Assembly: GCA_963693365.1 (NCBI GenBank)
Contig: CAVNZM010000002.1
Location: 5,100,259-5,164,258 of the forward strand
DNA: 64,000 nucleotides
Direction: 5' to 3'
Source: Amoebidium appalachense
Taxonomy: Eukaryota > Protista > Ichthyosporea
Positions within the stretch are counted from its first letter, which is position 1; each line of letters opens with the position of its first letter. Positions 1-56,644 of this stretch are shown here, piece after piece. The notes under the pieces were generated by a model. That model was not told where the DNA came from and did no database searches. It saw only the letters and a list, made by a program, of their open reading frames with translations. A program made the translations under genes and the position numbers.

Positions 1-82
1 GCTTCTGTGCACAAACCCACTCACATCAGCAAGCTCAAACGTACGCCCGTGCACGTTCACCGGCGCGCGCACGCACACACAT

Positions 83-278
<196 letters not shown>

Positions 279-681
279 CCGACTCCCGCAGTGTGCACAG
301 TGGCATATCTGACCTCTACCCTCTCTCCGAGTACAACTCATCAGGAAACACGGCCGGATTTCTGGGGTGAGGCCAATTTTTTCTTTAGTGTCTTGGATTT
401 TTTTTAACTTTTTTTCTTTTACTTTCGTATCTCATCATTTTTCCTCTTTTCTCTGGGATCCTGGACGTCGGAAAACAGCAGGAGAGTAGGGAGAACGAAG
501 GGGGAGGCGGGAGCGGAGGGGGAGGAGGGGGGGGGGGGGGGGAGGGGGGGGGTGGAGGGAATTAATTGCATTACAGTTGAGTCCTTCTCTGTATTGTGTT
601 GGCAGCCACTTGGGACTCTTTTTTTTCGTCCTCTTTTTCTTTTTTTTTCTCCTCCCATTTTTTCCCACCCCATTTAAAGGA

Positions 682-901
<220 letters not shown>

Positions 902-1898
902 TGTGTGATTGTGCCGCTGTGTTCGAGCGCGCACCCATGTTTATATGCATGCGTGTGTTTGTGACTGTGTGTGTGCTTACATTTGTATATGTGTGTATGC
1001 ATTATGGGTAAGAAGGGGGCAGTGGGGAGGAAGGGGGGGGGGGGGGGGGGGGGGGGGGGAGGTTTATGCTTAAAACGCGAGGGTGAATAGGTGCTGCTTT
1101 ATAGAACAAGGGGAACTGACTGAACTGACGTGCTGGTATGCAGCAAGCCAGGACCAGGATCTAGAGACGATGACCCTAGCCCAATCACAAAGCGCATCCT
1201 CATGCTGCAGATCATGCATGCAAAGTATTGTGCCCACGCCCTCCCCCCCCCCCCCCGCTCACACACACACACACACACACACGCACACACACACACACAC
1301 CCCTTTCCTCTTCCCCTCCCCCCCCCCCCCCACCCCCCATGCACAGGCATGCACTCGCACGCCCGTGCAGTGTGCATACAGGCGCAAAGTGTGTGCACGT
1401 ACAGACATACTTACACCTGCACGTGCGTGCACATGTACGCGCCACCATTCTTCACAAGTTTCGGAGTTAAAATTTAGAGAAAAGTGTAAGAAAGAGATAC
1501 CCCGGCCAGTTTTTCTGAGTCAATCGCCCTTTGCATATGTTTTACATGCGTGCTTAAACATAACAAGGGTTGATATCCACCCTTCGCCCCTCCTACTCCT
1601 CCTCCCTGCGTCTCCTTTGTTCCTCCAACTTAAAAATGACGTGTCTCAAAGAGTATTTCTTTTAACATCCTTTGATTCTGCATGGGTGCATGAGAACCCC
1701 GATATGCACATATTTTTCTGTAGCATATTGATAACATCTTGGTTTTCGTGAATATACTTAACCCCTGTGCGCCAGCGTCATTTTTCTTGTACATGAAAAG
1801 GGTTATCTTTTTGCATAGAAGTACATAATCGTTGGAATAGATAAGTCTACATTTGTGCATGAATCGAAATGTCCTTCGTGTGTATTGATATATTTATT

Positions 1899-2064
1899 GG
1901 GGTTTACGCTGTTTGCTCGAGGCAAAGAGAGATTAGTTTCAGGTATGGGGGGTTTTGCTCGATATATCCCCTCAGTGTTATATCATGAACAGGTACATAG
2001 ATGTAAGAAGATAAATCAATTAGTTGGACTTCGAGCTTTTTTTTTTTTCGAATTTTTTTTTTTT
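1899..2064 (-). mobile_element. Diverged, internally deleted copy of the 3' tail of the LINE at 56207-61364
   Basis: Collinear with the reverse complement of 61127-61364: ggggtttacgctgttt(g/a)ctcgaggcaaagaga...caggtatggggg...ttttgctcg...tatcccctcag...tatatcatga...tacatagatgt [~55 bp missing] ...aaatcaattagttgg...poly-T. Same terminus, followed by AT-rich sequence. Confidence 0.85.
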
Positions 2065-2079
2065 CCCTTTGCGTTACAG

Positions 2080-2817
2080 TATAAAATCCTAACTCTTATA
2101 AAACACAGGAGCAAAGAGGAGCAGGTAAACGATTGGATTGCAAGTGCCGGGGGTCTTGCTATTCCAGCCAGTGTGCCCGAGCAGGGGGTGGGTGTTGGAG
2201 GGGATGACCCCTACGGTATGCTGCCCCTGAGAGGGCCTGCAGTGGATGATGTGCACCTGTTTGAGAGGTGTGTGTGTGTGTGGGTGTGGGTGTGGGTGGG
2301 TGGGTGGGTTTGTGTTTGTGTGTGTGGAGGGGGGGGGGGGGGGGGGGGGGGAGGGGGGGGGAGGAGGGCAGTGGGTTGGAGGGGGGAGGGCTGGAGGGGG
2401 GTGAGTGGGCCACTTGTGTGCGGACATGTGTGCGCGTGTGTTGTGAGTACTTGAGTGCTCCTGTGCGTGTATGTGTGTACATGTCTGTGTGCTTGCGTAT
2501 GTATCTATGTATGTGTGTAGAGATGTAAGTTCTGGCATGAACTGTGCCCGAGGTCTGCCGGGGTGGTGGAAAGGGGCTGGTTGCATGCTTCTACAACCCT
2601 TAAAACAGAGTCCTCGTGTGTAATTGAAATTGTCTGCATGCAAGATTCATATGATAATGCAGTCACATGCTTCCACTTGTCCTATTGTGCGGGAGGTTTT
2701 CTCTTTCTTTTCCTTAGTTCTTTTTTTCCTTTTTTTTCTTTTTCTTTTTTCCCTTTTTTCCCCTTTTTCTTTTTATCCTTTCTTTTTTCTTTTTTACTTT
2801 TCTTTTTTAACCATCTT

Positions 2818-2850
<33 letters not shown>

Positions 2851-3649
2851 TTTTTTTTTTCCCCTCCGGTTTTTAATTCAATGACCGCTGTCCTCACTTG
2901 CAGATATGTGGACAGTGGGACGTTTGTTAGCCAGGACAGCTCACCAGAGGAAGACTCCCTACTGGATGGAAGCCCTGCGGAGGTCGGATCGGGAGATCTA
3001 CTGGATTACTTGTGGGTGCTGTTTGTGTGTGTGTGTGTTTTTATTATATAATCGATGTTACTTAGATCGGGCCATGAGACAGGGCTAATGTGTTTGTGTG
3101 TGTGTGTGTGGCACGCGCGAGCATGTGTGTTTGGTTAAGTACAGTGCTTATGCATCCAATTCATCATAAATCGGCACATTTTGAAACCCTTCATTACAGG
3201 TTTGTAGTGATTTTGAATGTCGATGATTGGTATATCCGGTTTTCCCCCGCACAATTAGTTGGTTTGGTTCCCAAGGGAATTCCTTTTCTTTCTTTCTTTT
3301 TTTTAATTCTTTTTTTTTGTTTTTTTTTTTTAGTGAATTGCCATGTAAGGGGAATATCGACCTGGTCTTTGATATCATGGAAATTTGTCTTAGTGAAAAC
3401 AAGTTGGCTGCTGATTTTAATGTACCCTACCAAGGATAAACGTTTTAAGATGCACACACATCTGCACTTCTGAAACTCACACAAGCTCCCACATACCCAC
3501 AATGCATACCACACATGCATAAATGCACGCACACACACACGCACACATGCACGCACACATACACACGCACCCGCACACACACGCACACGCACACGCACGC
3601 GCACACGCACACGCACACGCACACGCACACGCACACGCACACACACACG

Positions 3650-3681
<32 letters not shown>

Positions 3682-4077
3682 GGCTGGGCAGTCCAGCCAG
3701 CCAGCGGCAACCACCCCGCACCTTCAGCCCCATTGCCGTTGGTCAGGACCCAAAATCCCCTGCCCGGTCCCATTTCAGATCTACTCTGAACCTGGAAAGG
3801 GTATCTCCTCCCTCCACTTCCCCTCCCCTCCCCCCTCCCCCCAAACCCCCCCTCTCCCTCCTACAAATGACTTGGTTTGGGGTAGAGGGACAAGCACTGA
3901 GAAAGCCACCCGGTCAACAAACCTCCTCTCCGCCTTCATATCCGCTTCATACTGTTTGAAATCCCATTCTACTCGCAAACCTTCACCCACGATCTTGTGT
4001 TTTTAATCTAGATTGGTTGTAGTTTTTTCTTTTTTCTCCTTTCATGTTTTTCTTCACCTCCTGTATACATACATACA

Positions 4078-4129
<52 letters not shown>

Positions 4130-4657
4130 GCCTACTTCTCCTGGAGGTATGTGTGATTGTTTCGTTGGTTGGTTGGGGTGGGATGGGGTGGTGTTTGGGG
4201 TGGGGGGGGGGGGGGGGAGGGGGGAAGGGTTGGGGGAGGCACCGGGGGGGGGGGGGGGGAGGGGGGGGGGCACCGGGGGGCGAGGGAAGAAGGGGGGGGG
4301 GGAGGGGGGGGGGGGGGATGGGGGGTTTCACCCGTCCGCCTTAATGTGTTGATGAAACCTGTTGAATGGACTTCACACTTATGAATTTTTTTCACCTATT
4401 TGCAGGATTCCAGCCGCCACACCACTCCCTCCGTCCCACCAGCATCAACCGACCAACATAGCGACAGCGAAAGCAGCAATGATTCTGATTGGGCAAAGTC
4501 ATATGTGGCAACCAATGGGCTCTCAGAGATAGAGGACCACGATTACGATCTGTATCGCGATTACGCGCTCGTGTGCGATGGCGATGTGACGTTGATCTAC
4601 AGCGGGGAGGTGGAGGCGTGGGACCAATATGCCGAATATGTTGCTGGTCAGGCTTAA
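2080..4657 (+). CDS. 3' part of an uncharacterised multi-exon gene (candidate exons ~2080-2267, ~2523-2551, ~2905-3011, ~3200-3229, ~3350-3435, 4407-4657)
   Basis: Non-repetitive open segments bounded by AG/GT between microsatellite introns, e.g. ttacag|TATAAAATC...GAGAG|gtgtgt. Last exon ttgcag|GATTCC...GCTTAA encodes acidic DSSRH...YVAGQA*. No domain recognised; internal exon phasing not fully resolved. Confidence 0.45.
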
Positions 4658-4970
4658 CGGATATGTGTCGGTATTTTTCAATGGCATGTGTGGTATTTAC
4701 CCTGTTTGGCGCTGTCCAAAAAAGTTACCGACCAGAACCAAAAACCAAAAACACAGGTAGTGACGTACAAAGAGTTGGCTCTACCCGAATGTATGTAATG
4801 TCTAAAACCCTAACTCGAGGCGTAGGCAAGAAGTGAATCCCGATCGTTCGAATTTTCATCACGCACGACACATGCAAGTCTGGCAATGTATGTGGTCAGG
4901 ATCCGGGTAAACCTAGCCGAGTATTTATCATTTTCTTGGATTGATTTTTTTTTTATTTTTTTTTTTTTTG

Positions 4971-5010
<40 letters not shown>

Positions 5011-5691
5011 GGGATTTTATTTACCACATAAAGAACAAATCGGATCTGAGTTATATGTACTGGATCTATGGAAATACAGGATAAATTCCAGATTTTCCGA
5101 TTGCGTACCGGGTACATATGTCACTAGCTGCATTTGATTGGCTGTGCTGGAAGACGCAGTAGGCCGTCAAGTGAGGCTCTGCCCCAGACGATGTCCGTAG
5201 CAAAAAATAATGCGTAAATTCCCCAAATTAAGATTCCAGCGCTAGAATATTCTAGAAAAATATGTTAGCTACATAGAGGGACTTGAAGTTGGAAACAATA
5301 TTCCAGCTGACTATAGAGCCGAAATTCACACAATCCTGAACTCGGCCTACCCCTGTACCATAAGCACCAATTGGAAATTCTGTTGATGCACCCGATTTGT
5401 GGGCATGCACTGTTTATTGTGAATATGGTGCACGGTCTGCCACCTAGGAATTTTTTTGAATTTAGTCTTTCACAGTACTCCAATCTTGAATCTTTAGCTC
5501 AGGTCTTTATTGTCAGTGATGTGCTAGTTGGTGTGCGAGAGACTTCAGCTTGGATTATTACATATGTGCAAATCCGTGTATGGAAACCTAAAAATATATC
5601 CTATGGAATGCATTCCAAGTGCTGCATGCGAGACGCCAGCTCGAAAATGCAAAGGCCAACAAACAGCACAGCTGCACCTGTGCAGGAGGGA

Positions 5692-5725
<34 letters not shown>

Positions 5726-6945
5726 CTTCCTTTTTACAGACACGTGGTGTTGCTATATTTATGTTGTGATACTGGACTGACTTTCGTTTATGCATGCAAA
5801 GGTGCACCGACGACATAGTGTGCGTGGCTCGAGTACGTAGAAGGCATGGGGTTAGTCGACCGCAAGCGCATGCACTGGTATCGATATCAAGTTCACCTTC
5901 TACCTAGCGCTCACAGTGACTGCACCGTGGCATGTGCGCATACATGCTGCTGCATGGTTATAAGTGCTGTGCGTGTGTGCGCGCGCTCGTGCGTATGCTA
6001 CCTGTGGGGATGATTCCATTGTACACATAACTGAATACCATCATACAGATGCACATTTATTGGATGCCATCAACCAAATATTATATATATACGGCCCCAT
6101 ACTCCACATATGCATTGGTATAGAGCAGCTATAGTGGGTTGGGTTTTGGCAAAAAGATACACAACTAGCACTGGGAATCTCACACGATCATACATCAACA
6201 CACTCGAACCATACCCACACATGCGGCTACACTATAGCCTGGTCCATTGGACGTTGGATCTTCCGCCATGCTCAATAACACAATAAAGTCAGCACCCATC
6301 GATCTGGTCATGTTGTAAAGGGCATGCACTGCAGCCAGATTTTTGGATGTACGTTCTTCAAGTTGGTGGACTGGCCGCGAAACCCCCCCCCCCCCCCCCC
6401 CCCCCCCCGCCCCCACGCCCGCCCACCCACCCACCCAAACGCCTCCCCATGCATGGGCCTTCCGGATCCCCCCGGCCCAGGCCCCCCTCATCGTGCACTC
6501 AAACTTCTCCCCCCCCACCTCCCAAGTTCCCCGGACCCTCCCCCCCCCCCTATATCGCATGCGAATGGTAATAATAAGAACACGACAGTGGCTCCCCAAA
6601 AAGGTTAAGAACATGCACGTGCACCGCGACCATATTTTTTGAGGGCTTTATTAGCTGACGGCATCTGTAAAGACTAAAGGCAACATGCCAGGCCCACTGG
6701 CCGTTCCGTATGTACATGTCTGGAATCATGTGATGTAGCACTACACATGTCCGTTCATCGATCACGTCGAACCTACCCCTACACGTGCTGGCATTTTTCC
6801 GAACCTATCGTTCGGCTATCTCCTGGCTATATTATATCTACAGGTATATCAATATCACCCACACACAAAAAAGAACAAAAACATGCTTAAAAGGATGCAA
6901 CGATAAAAAAGGTTGGCCCAGGCCGAACCCGATCAATTCATTTGG

Positions 6946-21479
<14,534 letters not shown>

Positions 21480-21707
21480 CACTATTCTTTAAAAGCGAAA
21501 GGAAAAATCGAATGAAGTATTTTACAAGTCGAATACAAATGAAAGATCAGGGCTTTATAGAGGAGTCATAAAGTAGTACTTTCGTGTCTGTGGCTAATAT
21601 TAGCCATTTGATTGAGGTTGGTGTGGATTACATTGTTACCCCCCTACACCCTCCATGTTGAAGGGGAATAGGGAGTGGGGCGGGGGGGTTGGGGTTTCGA
21701 GAAAAAT

Positions 21708-21745
<38 letters not shown>

Positions 21746-21888
21746 CAAGCAGCCAAAAAAAAAAAAAAAAAAAAAAAAAGGAAGTGTTTGGTGACATACA
21801 AACCGACGTAACCCCTTCACCTCCATCCACCCCCCTTCTCCCCCCCCCCCCTGCCCCTTCCCCCCTCTCTTATCCCCCCCCCCCCCCC

Positions 21889-21921
<33 letters not shown>

Positions 21922-22406
21922 TCGCTCCCTGGTTTCAGCAAACACTTCGTTTCCTACCCAACCCCTCTCCCATGGGCATTCCTTTTCCGTCACTCTATAT
22001 ATAAAGATATATTCCCCACTATACACTCTATATACCTATATATTCTCTACTATATACTTCATCTACCTATACATACTCTGCCATATAGTATATGCCCTAT
22101 AATATATACCTCATCTCCGTCGCTGTGTGGGGCATGCTCAACTTTGGCTTCCTGCCTCTGTCTCAATATGATCCCCCCCTCCCCCCCCCTTCCCCCTCCT
22201 TCTTTCGCCACACTCTCTTCCCACCGAACGACACGCCCTCGGCTCTCTACACTTGAGTTGGAGCCTTGGCATTTATAAGGGGCAGAAAGGGGAAGGGTGG
22301 AGGGTAGGGGGGGGAGAGAGAGGTTAGGGGGGCAGGAGAGAGGTGAGTCGTTGTTAGGGGAGAGTGTTAAGGAGGGGGGACAGGGGGGGGGAGGGGAGGT
22401 AGGGGA

Positions 22407-22450
<44 letters not shown>

Positions 22451-22932
22451 CTGCTAGAAGTGGACCACGGGGGGCATGGGAGCGGAGGTTGGGGGGGGGG
22501 GGGGGGGAGGAGAGGAGGAGTGCGAAAAAGGGGGGGGGGGAGTAGGAGGGGCGGAATGGTGAATGCAGCAACATTCAGCAGATCAACCTTCTAGTATCAA
22601 ATGGCTACGTTGCACAGGGCAGCACGCCAAGAACACAAAGAGTGACCTTGAAGTGCACGTAGCCCCCCGTCCCCCCCCTTCCCCACTCCCCCTTCCCCCC
22701 TCCAGTTCCTCCTCCCCCCCCCCCCCCCTCCTCCTCCGTCCCCCCCTCCCTCCCACTCACCCTCCACCCCCTCCCTCCCCCCCCCCCCCCCCCCACCCAC
22801 CCACCCCTCCACCCGGCCCCCATCCCATGCACCCCTCTCCTCTGCCCTCTCTTGCTCTTGGGTTTATACCTGTGGCCGAACTCGTGTGGAGGTGTGAACC
22901 CGCAGTTTCATCCCCGTCTCTTTCATCTTCCC

Positions 22933-24460
22933 ACCTGGAATTTTGCTTCTTTCACTTCATGTTCAAACTGGATGAATGCACAGTGGCACAAAAAACACGA
23001 GTACAGTCCCACGCCAGGGGCAAGTGCCTATAGCTCTATGAGAAGTGTGAACCGAGTAATGAATGACACACGGGTTTGAGGCCTATATGCTTGTTTTGAA
23101 AACCGTGTTCCCCTCTAAGATATAACTGCCACAAACACTTCGGCTATTCATTGCTTATTCTCCGTCTATTCGAATATAATTCTCGCCTCCGTTTTTGTGC
23201 CTAGTGCGCCGCAGTCAGCAGTGATTAGTCGCAGTGATCCCATCCCCTCGTGCATCCCTGCATGAGATGTACACGTAATCTTGTACATGGATAGTCCTCT
23301 TTGTGCATCTGCTGTGCAAGGGTTTTAGACTAATTGCGCCAAAATCCATCCACAAGATTCGATAACGTAATATGACGTAATGAGACAACCGAGACAGTTG
23401 AGTCAAAAGTAGCTTCGTCTCCTGTCTACCTCTATGCCTATTTCCATTCAGTCTTGACACCAATGTTGCTGTTGGCTCATAAACAGGTGGGGCATAAGAA
23501 CACAAAAGTCTGCTGCTCTATTTCACACCTAGATCCCACTCGTTACAGTTTCCAACGCCACGCTTCGCTTCATCGTACACGCTTACAACAAGTTCTTTTC
23601 TGTCGTTGCTGTAGAGTGTCTCTGCTTGCCAGGATAGAGGTGTTAGTAGGGCGAGGCGGGGCGGGGCGGGGCGGGGGGGGAGGGGGGAGGGGGGGGGAGG
23701 GGGGAGGGGGAGGGGGGGAAGGAGGAGGGGGGGACTTGGGGGTGGGGGGGCGGGGGTGGGGGAGGAATAATGGGGTCTTGGGGTGGCTTGTGTATGGTTC
23801 TGGCTTCGTGTGGGTCTGTGCGTCTGTGAGATCGATGTGGGGAGGGGGAATGGGCTGGGGCTGCAGGAGCCTCTGAGAGGTATAGTAGCGGGATTAAGGG
23901 GTTCTGAAAGGGGAGCGGAGCGAAGGGGAAGGGGGATGGGAGCTCCACTGGTGTGTAGGTAGATGTGGATGGGGCCCTGCTTTTGGAGAGGAGTGTGGCT
24001 GTGTGTGTGCCTGTCTGTGGGCGTGTTAGATGTGGCGCGGCTTGGCTCCATCCGCTCAGCGTGTCTATGGTTTCCTTGGTATGTGCACTCATCTCCTTCA
24101 ACCCCTCCTGTTCCACATTGCTCCAAGTCTAAACTACTCCTCTGGTATGTCTTCACCGCTTTTAAGGTGTAAACCCCCCCCCTCTCCCCCGGGCCCCACT
24201 ACTCTCCTACCTCCCACCGGTCCAACTGGCCTCCCCCTCCCCTTTCAAGTGCCCCCCCCCCCCCCCTCTCCCCCCCATTCCCCCCAAAAAGAGAGAAAAG
24301 TAAGAGAAGAAAGAAAAAACGCCTTTTCCTCCTGAGCCCTGATATTGAGGCTCATTAGCCTATTAGAAAGGCAACCAAATAAAGTCGCTTTCTTAACGTT
24401 CCGATCCTCCAGCGTTTCATTCTTAGGCAATAGTAACTTTGTTGTTGAAGAGTCTTCCAT
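22933..24460 (-). CDS. Possible small multi-exon gene of unknown function
   Basis: Non-repetitive open blocks with plausible splice signals: MEDSSTTKLLL... (24460), ...ETLYSNDRKELVVSVYDEAKRG...|gtgtga (~23530-23625), ...VKEAKFQ|gtggga (~22935). No motif recognised; phases not reconciled. Confidence 0.25.
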
Positions 24461-25549
24461 TTTTTTCCCTCACTTCCTTTTCCGCGCTCAGCTTAATTCT
24501 CTGTGATACAGTGAAAAGACGTAGGATTATATGAGCGACACACACGTGCACACTTGCGCGCGCACACGCATGCACACACACACGCACACGCGCTTGACAC
24601 AGATAAACACACAACACATGCATACACAAACTGGCAACCGGCACACAAACATCAGAAGGCTCGGACCCCAAGTATGACAAAGCCAGTAAAGATGTCGTCT
24701 AGCCCTGGTATATACTCTTGCAATTGGTATTACACTTTCAGTGGGTGGAAGTAACACTACCACCACCACCATCAAGATTGCACACATGTGAACACCACAA
24801 TTTACCAGACACACATAGGCCAGGCTCATCACACACACCTGGTCCACCAGCTTCCGCCTAGCCCACCTACCCAAACCACCCACACCCTGACCCAGACACA
24901 CTCACATGCATGCATGCGCACGCACACGCACACGCATACATGTACACACAATCCCATCCCTCACATTTTTTTCGCTCCTGTGCATGTTCCGCCATTATGC
25001 GTACATACCGTGCCACACTACCAACACACCCGAGCCCTCACACACTGCACGACACAGTCAATCTCCTTTGCGCGTTACTCCTTTGCGCATTGACTGTAGG
25101 CAAATCATCCCTAAACGTCCACCACCACTTTGTTACATGAACCAAGTAATACTTTATTAAAATAATGTGTGTGCCAGTCCAACCTAGATTGAGAACAGTC
25201 TCACATAATTTAGATATATTAACTAGTAGTATTATATATGTGTCTGGCCAGAGCCGCCTTTACTGGAGTAAACTCTTTTACTTTACCGTATTAGTCGTTC
25301 ATTACGATCATTACGACAGCACAATCGCAGTACTACATCATATTTTAACATTAATAATGTTGGTAGCTGCTACTATTGTAGTAAGAGTAAATGACTATCC
25401 AATGATTACTATGATAATGCTATTAATAAGAGTTAATTAATTAATAATTGATACATTTTATCGGCTATAATATTGAAAAGATCTCAAGTCACTTTGATAT
25501 CATAATGCATGTGTGATGGCATCGGCGGATCCACCACACGTGCAGGCGT

Positions 25550-54338
<28,789 letters not shown>

Positions 54339-56206
54339 CTGTGGAAAGGGGTATTTATGTTAGATCCATGCAAAAAGCACTAGTCACAGCTTAACCCAGA
54401 ACACACCGTGTCTCAAAATGTCATCGGAGTCGACACCCGTTGAGGACTGAGACAGAGAAGTCTCCCAGTACAATACCTTAGTATTTCTTCTACTAAAGAT
54501 TATTGACTACTGAAGAAGAATATTAATACTTCGCTTCATGGGATCTTCTGAAGGAGTCCCTCGCAGAATGTCGAACTAAGATTATTGACACTGGCGGCCA
54601 AGTTGCATTTCAAACTGGGTGTGGCACGTGTTCAACTTGCTGGATAACAGTCTTCGTATTAAGAGTGCAGGCCTATCTCTTGCAAGACCATTAAAAGGGG
54701 TCAAAAGCACTCGGCAAACTACTTTGGCTTAAAGTTTTAAACCAATTCTACTGCACATCTGGTCCTGTAGTTTAACTAAGCGACACCTTTGGTCGTGCAA
54801 GACGTTTACTTGACAACGCCTAATTGTAATAACCCGGCAACATGGCTCACTACAGCTCAAAGCAGTGCATGGCTTGTTCATGATGGCCTCGACGTGCAGT
54901 GGCTTCCTACACCAAAGACGAATGATTTCAACACCATCGAGGCACTGCCTACTGGAAATCACCAATGAGATCATGGCACTCCAGTAATCCTTGGCCACAT
55001 GCAGGACTAGGCCAAGGGGCAAAACCGGCATGACACTGGGAATGTTAAAACTTACATTGAGATTGTGCGTTGCTGACGCCGACAGCACACGAAAGGAGAA
55101 GATAAAACCACGTTGTCCACTTCGCCATGGTTCGACTGTGGCCATGGCCCCCAGCGATCCCCCAATTCCTTCCCATGATCTTGATCCCAAAGACTATATA
55201 TAATTAAAACGAATCAGTTTTTCATGTCTGGGCAAGTTGAACACGACCCTTACGTGCGTCTTGAAGCTGCAGGAATCCTGCCTTGAGGTTGCTTGCAAAG
55301 ACGTTGCCACTGAAACTGATGGTCGTCTGGTTCACTCGAGTGGCACTGTCGCCAGCCTGCTTATATTGCTCTTGTGTAGGGCACTGACTGCGAAAACCTG
55401 GTGATGGGAGGTGATGCAAAACTTAGTGTGGAGTGTCTATGAATGCGTGTGCAAATCCTGTCGGTGTACACACACGCACCCCTCTTACGGTAAATATACA
55501 CAGGGGCCTCACCCAGGCCGCTCGATAACTGTGAGACATATGCGCAGGCGCGGTTATCTTTTCTTTTCGTTAAAAAATAATAGGAAAGAACAGGTTTGGT
55601 ATGCAATCCGCTCGTTCAGCGGTGCGAATTTTACTTCTGTTTATCTAGGCATTTCCGGATCAGGACATTCGTTTAATAAGCAATTAAGTGTAAATATGTC
55701 AACCTAAACAATTTTAGTTGATGTTATAATAACTGAATGACAAACCGGATAGGTTTACATATCATGAAATGAGTGACTCAGTTCCGTAGAATGCAGCTGA
55801 CACATTTACCGGAAAACGAAAAATGTAAAGTTTGGAAAGTTTGTTTCACATGTTGACATATCATAATTACTTTTTTTTCAACAATATTTCAACACCCCTC
55901 ATCCCCTCCTATCTTTTCATTACTATGAAGGGTGGGGTTAATGTGACTTCTTGAAATAAAGATATAGTAGCAGCTGTTCTTACGTCAACATTGAGAAGGA
56001 CATCAGGACGAACAGGTTAAAATTTACACGTCCAAAAAAAGTTACCCGTAAGTTCAGAAACTTTCAGAATTCAGCGCCCTTTTTCTAAACTATTATGGGA
56101 ATGCGATTTTTATTTCAGTGCTAATACAATGCAAGTGCCTACATAGTCGCGAGGTCCGGCGCTGGTTATTTTTTCGAATACTTGGATGTATATATATATA
56201 TATATA

Positions 56207-56512
56207 ACAAGTGTCGTCGCACACACAAGTGTCGTCGCACACACAAGTGTCGTCGCACACACAAGTGTCGTCGCACACACAAGTGTCGTCGCACACACAA
56301 GTGTCGTCGCACACACAAGTGTCGTCGCACACACAAGTGTCGTCGCACACACAAGTGTCGTCGCACACACAAGTGTCGTCGCACACACAAGTGTCGTCGC
56401 ACACACAAGTGTCGTCGCACACACAAGTGTCGTCGCACACACAAGTGTCGTCGCACACACAAGTGTCGTCGCACACACAAGTGTCGTCGCACACACAAGT
56501 GTCGTCGCACAC
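56207..56512 (+). repeat. Perfect tandem array, 17 x 18 bp (ACAAGTGTCGTCGCACAC), followed by variant unit ATCGATTCAGTCGCACAC
   Basis: Direct reading: 306 bp with no mismatch seen and no spacers. Confidence 0.97.
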
Positions 56513-56644
56513 ATCGATTCAGTCGCACACATCGATTCAAATGTCGCTCTTTATTATCTGCTAATAAATAGTATCCTTCGCGCATCCACCCCTAAACCAG
56601 GCCATCCGTGGCCCTAAGGGCCGGGGAACACCCCCATCCATGTC

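Noticed and set aside
5790-6780. Exon-like minus-strand blocks downstream of the AAA gene
   Set aside because: No consistent phases, start, stop or motif could be established.
56093-56617. Six-frame ORFs over the 18-bp array, or a CRISPR array
   Set aside because: A stop-free 18-mer is open in every frame by construction; there are no spacers and no cas genes.
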